NCBI GenBank assembly: GCA_031553755.1
Contig: JAVBKZ010000021.1
Coordinates: 28,251-92,250, forward strand
Reading direction: 5' to 3'
DNA length: 64,000 nucleotides
Source of the DNA: Bacteroidales bacterium
Lineage (GTDB): Bacteria > Bacteroidota > Bacteroidia > Bacteroidales > Azobacteroidaceae
This document shows positions 1 through 9,787 of the stretch, in pieces. The notes below the pieces were generated by a model, which did not search any database, had not been told where the DNA came from, and saw only the letters and a program-made list of their open reading frames with translations. The first letter of the stretch is position 1, and each line of letters starts with the position of its first letter. The position numbers were made by a program, and so were the translations under genes.

Positions 1-30
1 TTTATTTTTCATATGTAAATAATTGTTATG

Positions 31-94
31 CCACTAAGACTCGAAGGCACGAAGAAATATTAAATAAAAACTTTGTGACTTTGTGACTTCGTGG
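31..94. repeat. Intergenic word-periodic hairpin element (CACGAAG/CACAAAG word type)
   Basis: Left arm CCACTAAGACTCGAAGGCACGAAG (31-54) and right arm CTTTGTGACTTTGTGACTTCGTGG (71-94) are imperfect reverse complements around an A/T loop. Each arm is three tandem 8-nt words. Same word set as 3009-3129. Confidence 0.6.
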
Positions 95-107
95 TTATTT
101 CCAATCC

Positions 108-2897
108 TTAATTTGCATTAATTATTAACTTTTTGGCTGCTACAGATTTATTTGTTTGTACCTTGACAATTACAATCATATTATTTTCATATAAATCGAA
201 ACTAAAATCCGACTCATTTAATCCGCTTTGAGAATACAGTAATTTTCCGTGTAAATCATATACATCAACTTTTTGAAGATGGTCATTTATACTGCTGTTG
301 ATGTGTATTTTTTTACCTATTGCCGCTATATTTATAGTATTCGCAGATTTTATAGATGGTTGACTGTTAGGCGCTTTTACATCAGGAATATTTACCGCGG
401 CAGCAACTACAGTTCCGGTGCCGAACGCTCCATAAATCTGATTTGAAACTTTATTGTTTTCTATGAAAGGACGATAATTACCTTCAGTTGATTTTTCAAG
501 CCAAGCACTCCAACTCAAGGATTGAGAATTGCGATTGTTATAGGCATGCAATACGTTTTTGACCATCCAGCTTTTATAAGTATCAGTATCTACACCTGGC
601 ATTTCTTCGATGTATTTACGTACGTAACGCATGAGGATACCTTTAAATCCAACCAAATCTCCTCCACTTGTACATACTTTCAGTACTCCGTAACTGTCGC
701 AGAAATAACTGCCTATTGAATAATCGATTACCTTTTTTGCATCGTCTTGGTAGGTTGTAGCTTTGCCTTCAAATGTATCACCATAGCGTTCGTAAAGCAT
801 CACGGCAGCACCCAGAAAAGTTCCTTGATTGTATGTCGAAGCCCAATAATTGTATTTGTCGGTAGACTTTGTGTCATCCCACGAATCGTTTATGTGACCA
901 ATCCCTTCCGGAAGTTTCGTCAGATGTTGGCGTTGAAGTTCGTATAGTTTTTTGGCTTTGACATAGTAAGAGTCGTCTCCGGTTGCTTTAGCGATATAAC
1001 AGGCTGCTACTTCCATCGGGCCGTTAACACAAGAATTTGTAGTCGGTAATCCTTCACACCAACGTAATAGTCCTGCTGCAAAATTTCCTGCCGGAAGCAA
1101 AGCTCTATTGTATGTATAGTCAAAATATTCCTTCGCTAAACCTTTATAATTCCGCCCCTCATCACCAAACAATAAATGTGCGCGTACCATTCCGATTACC
1201 AACCAAGCCAAATCATCGTTATAATCATTGGCTTTCCATCCGGTTTCTCCAGGTCTTTTATTACTGGTAGCTCCTACATATTGTGTCGCAACAAAGTTGT
1301 CGAAGACCTCGTTATACATCATTTTGTAGTCTTCATTTTGAGTCGTTTCATACGCGTCTAACAATATTTCCATGTTTTCGGCAGTATCCCAAAATCCGGG
1401 TCTTTCAATGACATGTCCGGTTGCGGGTATGGAATTGATTTTGAAAGCAGGACTATAAGTAGCCGGCATATAAAATTTATCTTTCCACGCGTTTATAATT
1501 TCATCGCGCAACTCTACCGTAAACTCATTGGATTGTTCGTTGGCTTTGACAAATTTCCAAACTTGTCCTCTTGCTTCCGGATTATCGCTTTTGGCTCCGA
1601 GAATGATGAGAGAACCTTCTGTATCCAAAGGTTTGCGCAAGTACTGTCCGGTATAGCTAACAATGTAATAGCAATTTTCTTTGCCTTCAACCGGAGTGAG
1701 TGTCCATTGAGCAGCAGTACTTATGGTTGACTTTTGCACAACATCAGTTCCGCTTGCTGTCAAATATCTACGTGTATAAGCATTTTGAAAAATAAATTTT
1801 TGTCCGCTTTTTGTGGCTATCCAACGTTGAGAGTTTACTTCAGCATTGGTGTATGCTTTCATTTTTGTATCGGTAACGAAAGAAGAATTTTCTACCGAGA
1901 GGATTTTATTTCCCTCAAAGGGAAATATTCCGAAAGTGCCGCCGGCTTCCATAGGAGATGGGGATACTTCATCATAATCGGCAAAAAACTCGATTTCAAA
2001 AACCCGGGCAGTTCCGTTACTGCTTTGTTCCGCTTGAGTAATCGTAAACATTATATCGTCCGAAACAATATTTCCGATATAAGTATGAGTTGAAACATTT
2101 TTATTGTTTCCGGTAACATTGATAATATCTTGATATATGCCATTCTCTTTTGCTTGAAATTTGAAATTCCGGGTATTCCAAGCGGATTGATTTTCTCCTT
2201 CACCGGCATGATGTACGATTATTTTGCGGATTTTCACCGGTTCAGTAAAAGTCATACTCATCCATTTGTTGCCGGAGTTGTTTGCACACCATTTGGTATA
2301 ATAGTGGCTATCAAAAGCTTTTCCCATGGATTCTCCTTCTCCTTTTTGAGAAGAGCCTGTTACTTTGTGCGGATACACTCTTCTCATAGGAGTTGCTTCA
2401 ATCATATTTGTAGCTTTTTTTCCGAATATTTCGAACTCATAAATACGGGCAATCCCGTTGTCTGTTTGCGTTGCTTTATCTATTTGGAGGCGCAACGCGA
2501 TAGTGGTAAATGAAGCCGGTTCATGAGTAGTGGTTGATTTATTATTTCCCGTAACGGAAACAACATCAATCCATTCTCCTGCTTCATAAGTTTGTATCCT
2601 ATACTCTGATGTATTATAATCAGCGCTTTCTCCGCCTGCTTGCGCATGCTGAAGGGTCATTTTGCAAATCTCAACAGGTTCATTAAAAATGAGTTCAAGA
2701 TATTTCACCGGACTGGAATTATCACACCATTTTGTTTTTAAGTTTCCATCAAATGCTTTTGACATGGCTTCGTTCGAGTTGGCTTGACCTGAACCATTAA
2801 TTGTAAAACCAGTCAGTTTGGTATCACATTGAGCATTTACATTAAAACATGTAGTGATAATCCATAAAAATGAAATGATAAACAAATATTTATTCAT
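108..2897 (-). CDS. T9SS-targeted GH76-family alpha-1,6-mannanase-like enzyme with two F5/8-type-C (discoidin) modules and a ricin-B-like trefoil
   Basis: ORF 108-3020 trimmed to the ATG at 2897, which opens the signal peptide MNKYLFIISFLWIITTCFNVNAQ; the upstream extension overlaps hairpin repeat 3009-3033. Two discoidin-like modules (KWCDNSS..YEFEIFG and KWCANNS..FEIEFF). Beta-trefoil with three QxW motifs (QRW, AQW, QVW). GH76-like motifs NDYNDDLAWLVIGMVRAHL and STYNQGTFLGAAVMLY. C-terminal tail VDVYDLHGKLLY..IVIVKV..KKLIINAN resembles T9SS sorting domains. Confidence 0.8.
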   Translation of the reverse strand: MNKYLFIISFLWIITTCFNVNAQCDTKLTGFTINGSGQANSNEAMSKAFDGNLKTKWCDNSSPVKYLELIFNEPVEICKMTLQHAQAGGESADYNTSEYRIQTYEAGEWIDVVSVTGNNKSTTTHEPASFTTIALRLQIDKATQTDNGIARIYEFEIFGKKATNMIEATPMRRVYPHKVTGSSQKGEGESMGKAFDSHYYTKWCANNSGNKWMSMTFTEPVKIRKIIVHHAGEGENQSAWNTRNFKFQAKENGIYQDIINVTGNNKNVSTHTYIGNIVSDDIMFTITQAEQSSNGTARVFEIEFFADYDEVSPSPMEAGGTFGIFPFEGNKILSVENSSFVTDTKMKAYTNAEVNSQRWIATKSGQKFIFQNAYTRRYLTASGTDVVQKSTISTAAQWTLTPVEGKENCYYIVSYTGQYLRKPLDTEGSLIILGAKSDNPEARGQVWKFVKANEQSNEFTVELRDEIINAWKDKFYMPATYSPAFKINSIPATGHVIERPGFWDTAENMEILLDAYETTQNEDYKMMYNEVFDNFVATQYVGATSNKRPGETGWKANDYNDDLAWLVIGMVRAHLLFGDEGRNYKGLAKEYFDYTYNRALLPAGNFAAGLLRWCEGLPTTNSCVNGPMEVAACYIAKATGDDSYYVKAKKLYELQRQHLTKLPEGIGHINDSWDDTKSTDKYNYWASTYNQGTFLGAAVMLYERYGDTFEGKATTYQDDAKKVIDYSIGSYFCDSYGVLKVCTSGGDLVGFKGILMRYVRKYIEEMPGVDTDTYKSWMVKNVLHAYNNRNSQSLSWSAWLEKSTEGNYRPFIENNKVSNQIYGAFGTGTVVAAAVNIPDVKAPNSQPSIKSANTINIAAIGKKIHINSSINDHLQKVDVYDLHGKLLYSQSGLNESDFSFDLYENNMIVIVKVQTNKSVAAKKLIINAN

Positions 2898-3008
2898 GTT
2901 GTATATTTTTTCTAATTGTTTTGCTTTAATATGAAAGACCCTTTGCTCATTTATATTTTTCTCGTTTTTAAGTAACCGTTTAATTTTATAATCGGGATTT
3001 TTTTTGAG

Positions 3009-3129
3009 CCACGAAGCCACAAAGGCACAAAGTCTTTCAAACCGCTAACACAGTTAAAATTAAATTCTCCATGCTCTCCGTATCTCTATGGTAATAAAAT
3101 AAAAACTTTGTGTCTTTGTGTCTTCGTGG
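3009..3129. repeat. Intergenic word-periodic hairpin element (CACGAAG/CACAAAG word type)
   Basis: CCACGAAGCCACAAAGGCACAAAGT (3009-3033) pairs with ACTTTGTGTCTTTGTGTCTTCGTGG (3105-3129): 25 nt arms, 2 non-complementary positions, about 70 nt loop. Lies immediately downstream of the stop of the 3176-6889 gene. Confidence 0.7.
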
Positions 3130-3175
3130 CAAAAAAGACTCATTTTTAGCCTGATTCGAAATTTTCAAACAGTTT

Positions 3176-6100
3176 TTAATTCTCAATAAGCAATTTAGCT
3201 TGTTCAGTCATTTGATTTTTGGTCAACCGGATAATATAGCATCCGGATACCAGGTTTTCAGTAGGAATTCCTGAAGATTCATATTTTTCCTGTTCGTAAA
3301 CAAGTTGTCCTTGTATGGAATAAATTTTCAGGTGACCGGTTCCGTTCAGGAATACTTTATCTCCTCTTTTTGCCGGATTCGGATGAACAGTTAGCTTTTG
3401 CGTAGTAATGGATGTATTCTTTATGCTATTCGAAACTTGTTGTTTGAATATTTCAAATTCATAAAGATTGATTTTCTTTTCATCTCCCATCCGGTCGGCA
3501 GGAATTTCGAGTTTCACATAACGGGCTTCTTTGGCCGGATTGATTACCTCTGTTTTGATATTTTCAGAGCTTTTTCCTGTAACATCCACTAATTTTTCCC
3601 AGCTCAATAAGTCGGAGCTGACGGAAATTTTATATCCGTCGATATTTTGTGTAGATGAATTGATTGATTTAGCGTCATACAATTTGAATTCAGAAATTGC
3701 ATATTTGTCTTTCAGGTCAACTACTACATATTTATCGCCATTGGATGTAGTCCATTTTCCGTTAGGCGTATTTTTATTTCCATCAAATAATGCTACGGCG
3801 GCTTGCTGAATATCCGGTGATGTTTGTTGTTCCAAAACCGGTTTCCCTACACTGATTAGTTCTTTCTCGTATCTGGATTCAACCGATTTGCGGCCATAAA
3901 ACTGAAAACTGAAAATGCGGATAGTAGTGATTCCTTTTGGCACAAACTTGATATAACGCGCTTTAGTCGGAGTGATTTCTTTGATTTTGCGTGTAACTTC
4001 TCCTTGTCCTGTTTCGTGTACCACTTCTTGCCAGTCAGCAAGTCCGGTTCCGGTAGTACTTACATAGATGTAATATTCAGGAACATTTTCATATTTTTCC
4101 AATGTTTTGCAATCATCAATAACAAATTTATCCACATCGTAGAAATCCGACAATTCAATGATTACGGAATGCGATGAGGCGTTATAGCTCCACTTCTTGG
4201 TTTTATTGGCGGGAACATCTTTGTCTAACAGTAGATTTTCTGCTCCCTGGTCAGTATAACCGCCTGTGTAGGAATGAATTTTAGCGATACGCACACCTAA
4301 ACCATCATTTGGTGTAATACTGATTAATGGAGAACCACCTACGGGAGGCGTAGAGTTTGTCAGTTCCAGTGTGTTGGTCGATTGAGCCAAGTTTACCAAA
4401 GGCTCGGCACCTCCCAATGGAGCATAAATTTCCAAACTGGATTTCATCATTTTACCGTTATTCACATATTCAATTTCTTCGGCATTCATTCCTGCACGCC
4501 AGAAAAATAATTCGCGGTATGCTATTTCATCAGGAGAATCAGCTCCTGCCAACACAAATTTCTTCGGACAAAGTTTCTCGTATATTTCGCCTACTTTTAC
4601 TTTATCAACATACAACATGGTAATTCCCCAAGCATAATAATGTGTCAGGGTAATTCTTTTCCATTGTCCATCGTTTACTGCCATGGTTGTACGGATTATT
4701 TTTTCCGAAGGAGTTTCATATATCAATTTTCCATCGTCATCGATTTTCAGGAATCCGTTGCCGATTTGATTTTCAAACCAGGCAACCAATCCTTTGCCTG
4801 ACGTTTGCATATCAAATGAAATGGTAAACGGATGAACTGTATTTTCGGGAATAAGCACAATGCTTTTGTCTGTATTTTTGTTTCCTAATGGGTAGGAAGT
4901 TCTACTTATTCTCACAGGTAATGCTTTACCGGCTTCCAACGCGTCGAACAAAGAAGGCACCATGGCATAGAAAAATTCTTCGTGTCCTGCTGTATTCGGA
5001 TGCGCGTTATCGTTCATATAACCGTTTGCCCAACGTCCGGCTCCATCATCAATCGCTCCAAGCGTATTGATACTTGGTAAATCCCATTCATGAATCAACA
5101 AATTCAGTTTTTTGACATAATTATAATCTGTCGCGTTAAAATCGCCACGAGTATAATTATTGGCCATAACAGGAACAATTCCGGCATCTCTGGCTTGTTT
5201 GATAGCTTTCAACATATTATCGCGATAGCTGTTATACGCAGGTTCTCCGTTTTCGTGAATTCCTTCATTTCCCAAAGAAAGTGCATACAATACATAACTG
5301 CTGCAATTGCTCATTAAGTCGCGTTCCCAACGGTCTAAAAGGGCGCTCGTACTATTTCCCCCGATGGAAATATTGGAAGTTGTCCAATCCAACCCTAAGC
5401 CTTTTTCTTTACGTTCTTTTAATAAATTGGTGTACATGTATGCCCAACCAAAATTACTCATCGCCCCCGCGCCAACGGCTACGGATGAACCCATATAAGA
5501 AATTTTAAGGTCATTTATTTCTCCGCAGGATACACTATATGTGTAATTTTTCAAATCAATCGTAATATCATACGGACCTCCGTTCATATTCGTACGGAAA
5601 TTATCTACGGTAACACCGAATTGGGTAGCTTGTGTTTGCGAAATTACCTGATTGGTATCTTTGATTCTTTTCAGGACTTCCTGAGATGATTTATTTATCA
5701 CGAAATTAAAATACGGGTTTCCGTCAAACTCTTTTACTAATGTATGACGAGCCGACCAAACTCCATTTCCTTGGTAAGTAAGAGGAGAACCTTTGGTTAC
5801 ATCAGTTCCTCCGGGAACTGCATTTCCGACAATATCCAACGCAGTAATAGGCAGGACTGTATACGTTTTATTCGTGAGGTTGATGGTTATCCTTACCGGA
5901 CCTGTAGTTGTAGCTTGTATCGGATTTCCATTTTCGATAAGCGTTCCTGCTGTAGCTCCGGCCCCATATTGAATCGCATTGCCGTTTCCTAAATCACGAG
6001 AGAAAGTGAATGAACCTTCTTTCAATGAAGTATAAATCTCAAAGTTATTGGTAAGCATCAAATCTAACCCTGTAATCATGCGCATTTCAACCGGATTGGT

Positions 6101-6889
6101 ATCTTCCGAAGCAGAGCCGTTAAAGCTTGCAGCTCCCAATTGGCCGCTGATATGAATCTCTATTTCGTCGGAAAGTGATTTAGACCCAAAGTAGATAGTT
6201 GCTTTTACTTTTACCGTACCATTTTTTTTAGGAGATAGAACTCCTTTGTCACTGATAGCGGCAACAGATGTATTGTCTACTTCCCATTTAATTGAGCCAT
6301 AACCGGAACCTACAGGCAATATGGTTGTCGCAATTTGTGATGTCTGTCCGGCAGATGTAATATCACTACCCGAAAGTTTTATAGAAGTTGGAGCTGCTAT
6401 TTCGGTAGTGTAAATTTCAAATTTGTCCATATTCGGACCTCCAACTCCTTGCTGATTCGGATATGGAGTTATTTTTATTGTATTTTTACCTTGATTGAGG
6501 TAAATATGGGTACTCATTGATGCGACCGGAGGCGCATTCCAATCGGGAGTAGTAGTGAGATTTGTTGAAGTCGCTTCAGGAAAGTCATTTATTTTGACTG
6601 CGATAGACCTAAGTTGCATGCTCGTGTAATAGGTTTTAAACTCATAAGTACCTTCCTGAGCAATTTCCACATCTGTGAAAACTATGGAACTTCCAAAATT
6701 ATTATCCCCGACATACGCGTTTCCGGAATAACCGGCTACAGTTTTAACTTTAGCAGGTAGAGTCAGTGTTCCTGATTCAGCTTCAAGAGATTTTACCAAT
6801 GTTTGAGCTTTCAATGCCGGTATCAGCGATAAACATAATAAACTCAAAAACAAAATTTTTCTCGAAATGATAAATTTTATCCGTTCCAT
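3176..6889 (-). CDS. T9SS-targeted multidomain SGNH/GDSL-type esterase with CBM6/35-like, Big_2-like, LamG-like and two discoidin modules
   Basis: Signal peptide MERIKFIISRKILFLSLLCLSLIPALKAQ. N-terminal CBM6/35-like module (LEAESGTLTLPAKVKTVAGYSGNAYVGDN). Ig-like repeat (SIKWEVDNTSVAAISDKGVLSPKKNGTVKVKA). SGNH-like blocks (ISYMGSSVAVGAG, LSLGNEG, NAHPNTAGHEEF). LamG/ConA-like segment. Two F5/8-C-like modules (ending FSFQFYG and LYEFEIF). T9SS-like tail LTVHPNPAKRGD..GCYIIRL..AKLLIEN. Confidence 0.7.
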   Translation of the reverse strand: MERIKFIISRKILFLSLLCLSLIPALKAQTLVKSLEAESGTLTLPAKVKTVAGYSGNAYVGDNNFGSSIVFTDVEIAQEGTYEFKTYYTSMQLRSIAVKINDFPEATSTNLTTTPDWNAPPVASMSTHIYLNQGKNTIKITPYPNQQGVGGPNMDKFEIYTTEIAAPTSIKLSGSDITSAGQTSQIATTILPVGSGYGSIKWEVDNTSVAAISDKGVLSPKKNGTVKVKATIYFGSKSLSDEIEIHISGQLGAASFNGSASEDTNPVEMRMITGLDLMLTNNFEIYTSLKEGSFTFSRDLGNGNAIQYGAGATAGTLIENGNPIQATTTGPVRITINLTNKTYTVLPITALDIVGNAVPGGTDVTKGSPLTYQGNGVWSARHTLVKEFDGNPYFNFVINKSSQEVLKRIKDTNQVISQTQATQFGVTVDNFRTNMNGGPYDITIDLKNYTYSVSCGEINDLKISYMGSSVAVGAGAMSNFGWAYMYTNLLKERKEKGLGLDWTTSNISIGGNSTSALLDRWERDLMSNCSSYVLYALSLGNEGIHENGEPAYNSYRDNMLKAIKQARDAGIVPVMANNYTRGDFNATDYNYVKKLNLLIHEWDLPSINTLGAIDDGAGRWANGYMNDNAHPNTAGHEEFFYAMVPSLFDALEAGKALPVRISRTSYPLGNKNTDKSIVLIPENTVHPFTISFDMQTSGKGLVAWFENQIGNGFLKIDDDGKLIYETPSEKIIRTTMAVNDGQWKRITLTHYYAWGITMLYVDKVKVGEIYEKLCPKKFVLAGADSPDEIAYRELFFWRAGMNAEEIEYVNNGKMMKSSLEIYAPLGGAEPLVNLAQSTNTLELTNSTPPVGGSPLISITPNDGLGVRIAKIHSYTGGYTDQGAENLLLDKDVPANKTKKWSYNASSHSVIIELSDFYDVDKFVIDDCKTLEKYENVPEYYIYVSTTGTGLADWQEVVHETGQGEVTRKIKEITPTKARYIKFVPKGITTIRIFSFQFYGRKSVESRYEKELISVGKPVLEQQTSPDIQQAAVALFDGNKNTPNGKWTTSNGDKYVVVDLKDKYAISEFKLYDAKSINSSTQNIDGYKISVSSDLLSWEKLVDVTGKSSENIKTEVINPAKEARYVKLEIPADRMGDEKKINLYEFEIFKQQVSNSIKNTSITTQKLTVHPNPAKRGDKVFLNGTGHLKIYSIQGQLVYEQEKYESSGIPTENLVSGCYIIRLTKNQMTEQAKLLIEN

Positions 6890-6922
6890 GATTATTAGAT
6901 TTTTTATTTGATTCTACTCTGA

Positions 6923-9655
6923 TTATTGTACAAAAAACTTTTCTGCGTAGAAATTTTTATTGTTTTGAAAATGAACTATATAAATTCCTTTTTCTAAGTT
7001 TTTGGTGTCAATGATATCGGTGGATTTATTATAAGAAACCCTATTTCCACCCATATCATAGACAGCAACATCTTCTGAATAACCTAAATTGATGGCAATT
7101 TTTTCTCCTGCTTTGACAGCGGAAGGATTCAAATTACTTTTTTTTTTTACGACTTTTTTTATGCCGGAAGATGTGTTTTCAATGTTTACATCCGCGCTTA
7201 GTTTCATGTCTCTTGAAGAAACTCCCAATTCTAATTTGTAATTTCCAGCATCGACAACGAATTTCTTTTTCTCTACGCTGTAATAGGAGAAATCATCTTT
7301 ATTTAATTTTAGCGTGATTGTTTTTTCTTCGCCTGGTTGCAGATATACTTTTTCGTAGTTTTTCAATTCTCTTAGAGGACGTTCAACCGGAGAACCTCCT
7401 TGTTTATTTACATACAATTGAACTACTTCCGCGCCGGCCACAGCACCTGTGTTTTTGATGGTAAAATTTACTTCCACGATGTTCTCGCCTTCAGTAATTT
7501 TATTCGCTTGCATGTTTGATAATTTGAACGTTGTGTATGATAATCCATAACCGAATGGATATTGAACTGTTCTGTTCAATTTGTCAAATCCGCGATAGCC
7601 TACAAAAACGCCTTCGGTAAATTTCACATGTTTGTCGCCATCAGAATCGTGGTATGAGTTATAAGTCGGATTATCCGCCCATTGTTTTTCGAAAGTGACC
7701 GGGAGTTTTCCGGAAGGATTTATTTCTCCAAATAACACTTGAGCCATAGCAGTTCCAGCTTCTTGTCCGCCATACCAACCCCAAAGCAAGCCTTTCAGTT
7801 TGGGTTCCCAATCTTGCATGTATACGTTTCCTCCTGCATTGACTACGGCAACCATCGGTTTGGTCGATTTCTGAGCGTCTTTTATCATGCTTTCAACAGC
7901 AGATGGAAGTCCGAAAGAGCGATCGCTGGCTTCTCCTTCACTGCTTGTATTGTGTCCGATGAAGGCTACAATCAGGTCGGCCTTGTTCAATTCGTTTTCA
8001 AAACGATTGTTGTCGCCATCTTTCTGATATGAAAAATCAACTGAACCGGCTCCTCCTGCCTGGAAGTATTCCAGTTTCACGGCATATTTTTGACCTGCGG
8101 TTAAGGTCATACGGTATTTTCTTTCCCTTAATCCACCATCTTTGTACTCATCAATTACTTTTGTATTGTTGATGTATAAACTGAATCCGTCATCCCCGCT
8201 TACAATCAGGTCGTAAGTTCCCGTTTGAGTTGGACGTATTTCGCCTGTCCATCTTACAGAAAAATCATTTTTGTTTACTTTATCCAAATCACATCCGGCA
8301 GTCCATTCAAAGCCGATTCTTTTGTCGATTCTTGTCGCGACAGGAGTTCCGGATAGTTCTTTATTGTTAAAATATTCTCCGTATAAACCATTTTCTTGTG
8401 AGGTTGAAGAGGTGAATAATACATTTTGCATGTGGTCGAATTTATCTACATAAGTCACATTGACTCCTTTTTCGGTTGCCAGTTTTTTCAAACCGTCGAA
8501 ATAAGTCACAAAACTGAATGGTTTTACCAATCCGCTACCGCCTCCGGCCGCGAATATCAGGGCGTTGTTTCCGATTACTGCAATATTTTTTACCGTTTGA
8601 GGATTGATAGGAAGAATGTTATCGGTATTTTTTAACAATACAATACCGTCTTTCGAAACATCCAACGCGGTTTTTACTGTTGCCGGATTATTTAATGGAA
8701 TACTTGTATCTAATTGTTGTTTATCGAAAATGCCAAAAGCGATTAGAGTGCGTAAAATATGTTTGACTTTCAGGTTGATATCGTCCATTGAAATTTCACC
8801 CGATGCCAAATATTTACGTAACGCGTCTTCGTTTTCAATTTCATTGCCTGCCATTTCGAGGTCGAGACCGCTTTTCACTGCCGGAACGCAGTTGTGAGTA
8901 GAGCCCCAGTCGGACATTACCAATCCGTTGAATCCCCATTGGTTTCTCAATACTTCTTTCAATAACCAAGGGTCTTCTGTTGTCCATACACCATTTAACA
9001 GGTTGTAACTTGACATCACTGCTCCTACTTCCGCTTTTTGAACCGCAGATTTAAATGCGGGAAAATAGATTTCGTTCAATGTACGTTCGTCAATGTCGGA
9101 GCTTACATAATTCCGGTCATAATCCTGAAAGTTGGCCGTGAAGTGTTTGATTACTCCCATAACACCATTGGCTTGCAAACCTTTGATGTATTCGGTTGAT
9201 GTTTGCGCAGCCAAGAATGGGTCTTCTCCCATGTATTCAAAATTACGTCCGCACATCGGTCCGCGATGTATATTTACGCCAGGGCCAAGTAAAATATTTA
9301 CGCCTCTCGCTTTACAATCGGATGCTAACGCTTGTCCATATTCGTAAGCCAAATCGCGGTTCCAAGTAGAAGCAAGCATCAAGGCGCAAGGATAAGCGGT
9401 TGAAGCTCCCCAGGTTCCCAAGCCTTGAGGCCCGTCCGACATTTTTGCGGAAGAGATATTTAACCGAGGGAATGCTTTGGTGTACATCCAGTCAACTCCT
9501 CCGATGTAAATCAGTTTTTCACGGGTTGTCATGTTTTTCAACAACTCATCTGCTCTTTTTTCCACCTCGGGAGTAAACCATGATTGAGAATAGGTATAGC
9601 TCGTTATCAGCAATAATATCACTGCTAATGCATATTTTGTCAATTTTTGTTTCAT
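6923..9655 (-). CDS. GH3 beta-glucosidase-like enzyme with PA14 insertion and T9SS C-terminal tail
   Basis: Signal peptide MKQKLTKYALAVILLLITSYTYSQ. GH3 hallmarks (GVNILLGPGVNIHRGPMCGRNFEY, KHFTANFQDYDRN, LVMSDWGSTH containing the nucleophile-type SDW). PA14-like insert (GLYGEYFNNKELSGTPV..FSVRWTGEI). T9SS-like tail (VAVYDMGGNRV..GIYIVHF..EKFFVQ). Confidence 0.85.
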   Translation of the reverse strand: MKQKLTKYALAVILLLITSYTYSQSWFTPEVEKRADELLKNMTTREKLIYIGGVDWMYTKAFPRLNISSAKMSDGPQGLGTWGASTAYPCALMLASTWNRDLAYEYGQALASDCKARGVNILLGPGVNIHRGPMCGRNFEYMGEDPFLAAQTSTEYIKGLQANGVMGVIKHFTANFQDYDRNYVSSDIDERTLNEIYFPAFKSAVQKAEVGAVMSSYNLLNGVWTTEDPWLLKEVLRNQWGFNGLVMSDWGSTHNCVPAVKSGLDLEMAGNEIENEDALRKYLASGEISMDDINLKVKHILRTLIAFGIFDKQQLDTSIPLNNPATVKTALDVSKDGIVLLKNTDNILPINPQTVKNIAVIGNNALIFAAGGGSGLVKPFSFVTYFDGLKKLATEKGVNVTYVDKFDHMQNVLFTSSTSQENGLYGEYFNNKELSGTPVATRIDKRIGFEWTAGCDLDKVNKNDFSVRWTGEIRPTQTGTYDLIVSGDDGFSLYINNTKVIDEYKDGGLRERKYRMTLTAGQKYAVKLEYFQAGGAGSVDFSYQKDGDNNRFENELNKADLIVAFIGHNTSSEGEASDRSFGLPSAVESMIKDAQKSTKPMVAVVNAGGNVYMQDWEPKLKGLLWGWYGGQEAGTAMAQVLFGEINPSGKLPVTFEKQWADNPTYNSYHDSDGDKHVKFTEGVFVGYRGFDKLNRTVQYPFGYGLSYTTFKLSNMQANKITEGENIVEVNFTIKNTGAVAGAEVVQLYVNKQGGSPVERPLRELKNYEKVYLQPGEEKTITLKLNKDDFSYYSVEKKKFVVDAGNYKLELGVSSRDMKLSADVNIENTSSGIKKVVKKKSNLNPSAVKAGEKIAINLGYSEDVAVYDMGGNRVSYNKSTDIIDTKNLEKGIYIVHFQNNKNFYAEKFFVQ

Positions 9656-9686
9656 GTTTATTTTAATTAAATTATTGTTTGCTGGT

Positions 9687-9779
9687 TTTAAACACGGAGT
9701 AAAAGGAGTTCTTTCACGGAGTTCACAGAGTTTTTTAATTAAACTCCGTGAAAATTACTCTGTGTACTCCGTGTTTAAA
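9687..9779. repeat. Intergenic word-periodic hairpin element (CACGGAG/CACAGAG word type)
   Basis: TTTAAACACGGAGT (9687-9700) is the perfect complement of ACTCCGTGTTTAAA (9766-9779). Inner TTTCACGGAGTT pairs with AAACTCCGTGAAA around the loop TTTTTTAATT. Arms are tandem CACGGAGT / AAAGGAGT / CACAGAGT words. Confidence 0.75.
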
Positions 9780-9787
9780 ATTCATGA

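Noticed and set aside
1-30. A possible minus-strand gene start (the reverse complement of 1-12 reads ATGAAAAATAAA, i.e. MKNK..) running off the left edge.
   Set aside because: Only four codons are visible, so it cannot be supported.
522-2513. Several 60-127 aa plus-strand ORFs (522-719, 747-947, 1176-1361, 1413-1730, 1734-2093, 2130-2513) inside the GH76-discoidin gene. Similar antisense or alternative-frame ORFs occur inside every large gene in the window, for example 14734-15141, 25766-26209, 50936-51280 and 62949-63368.
   Set aside because: They lie fully within long ORFs that have clear family motifs. Their translations are low-complexity and F/I/C/R-rich, as expected for shadow frames in AT-rich DNA. 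They have no signal, motif or promoter of their own.
2898-3020. N-terminal extensions offered by the ORF track: 108-3020, 9788-11878, 27566, 30582, 49031, 56082 and 58775.
   Set aside because: The extensions begin at TTG, GTG or far-upstream codons, precede an obvious signal peptide or Rossmann N-terminus that starts at an internal ATG, and in two cases overlap intergenic hairpin repeats. The internal ATG starts were used instead.
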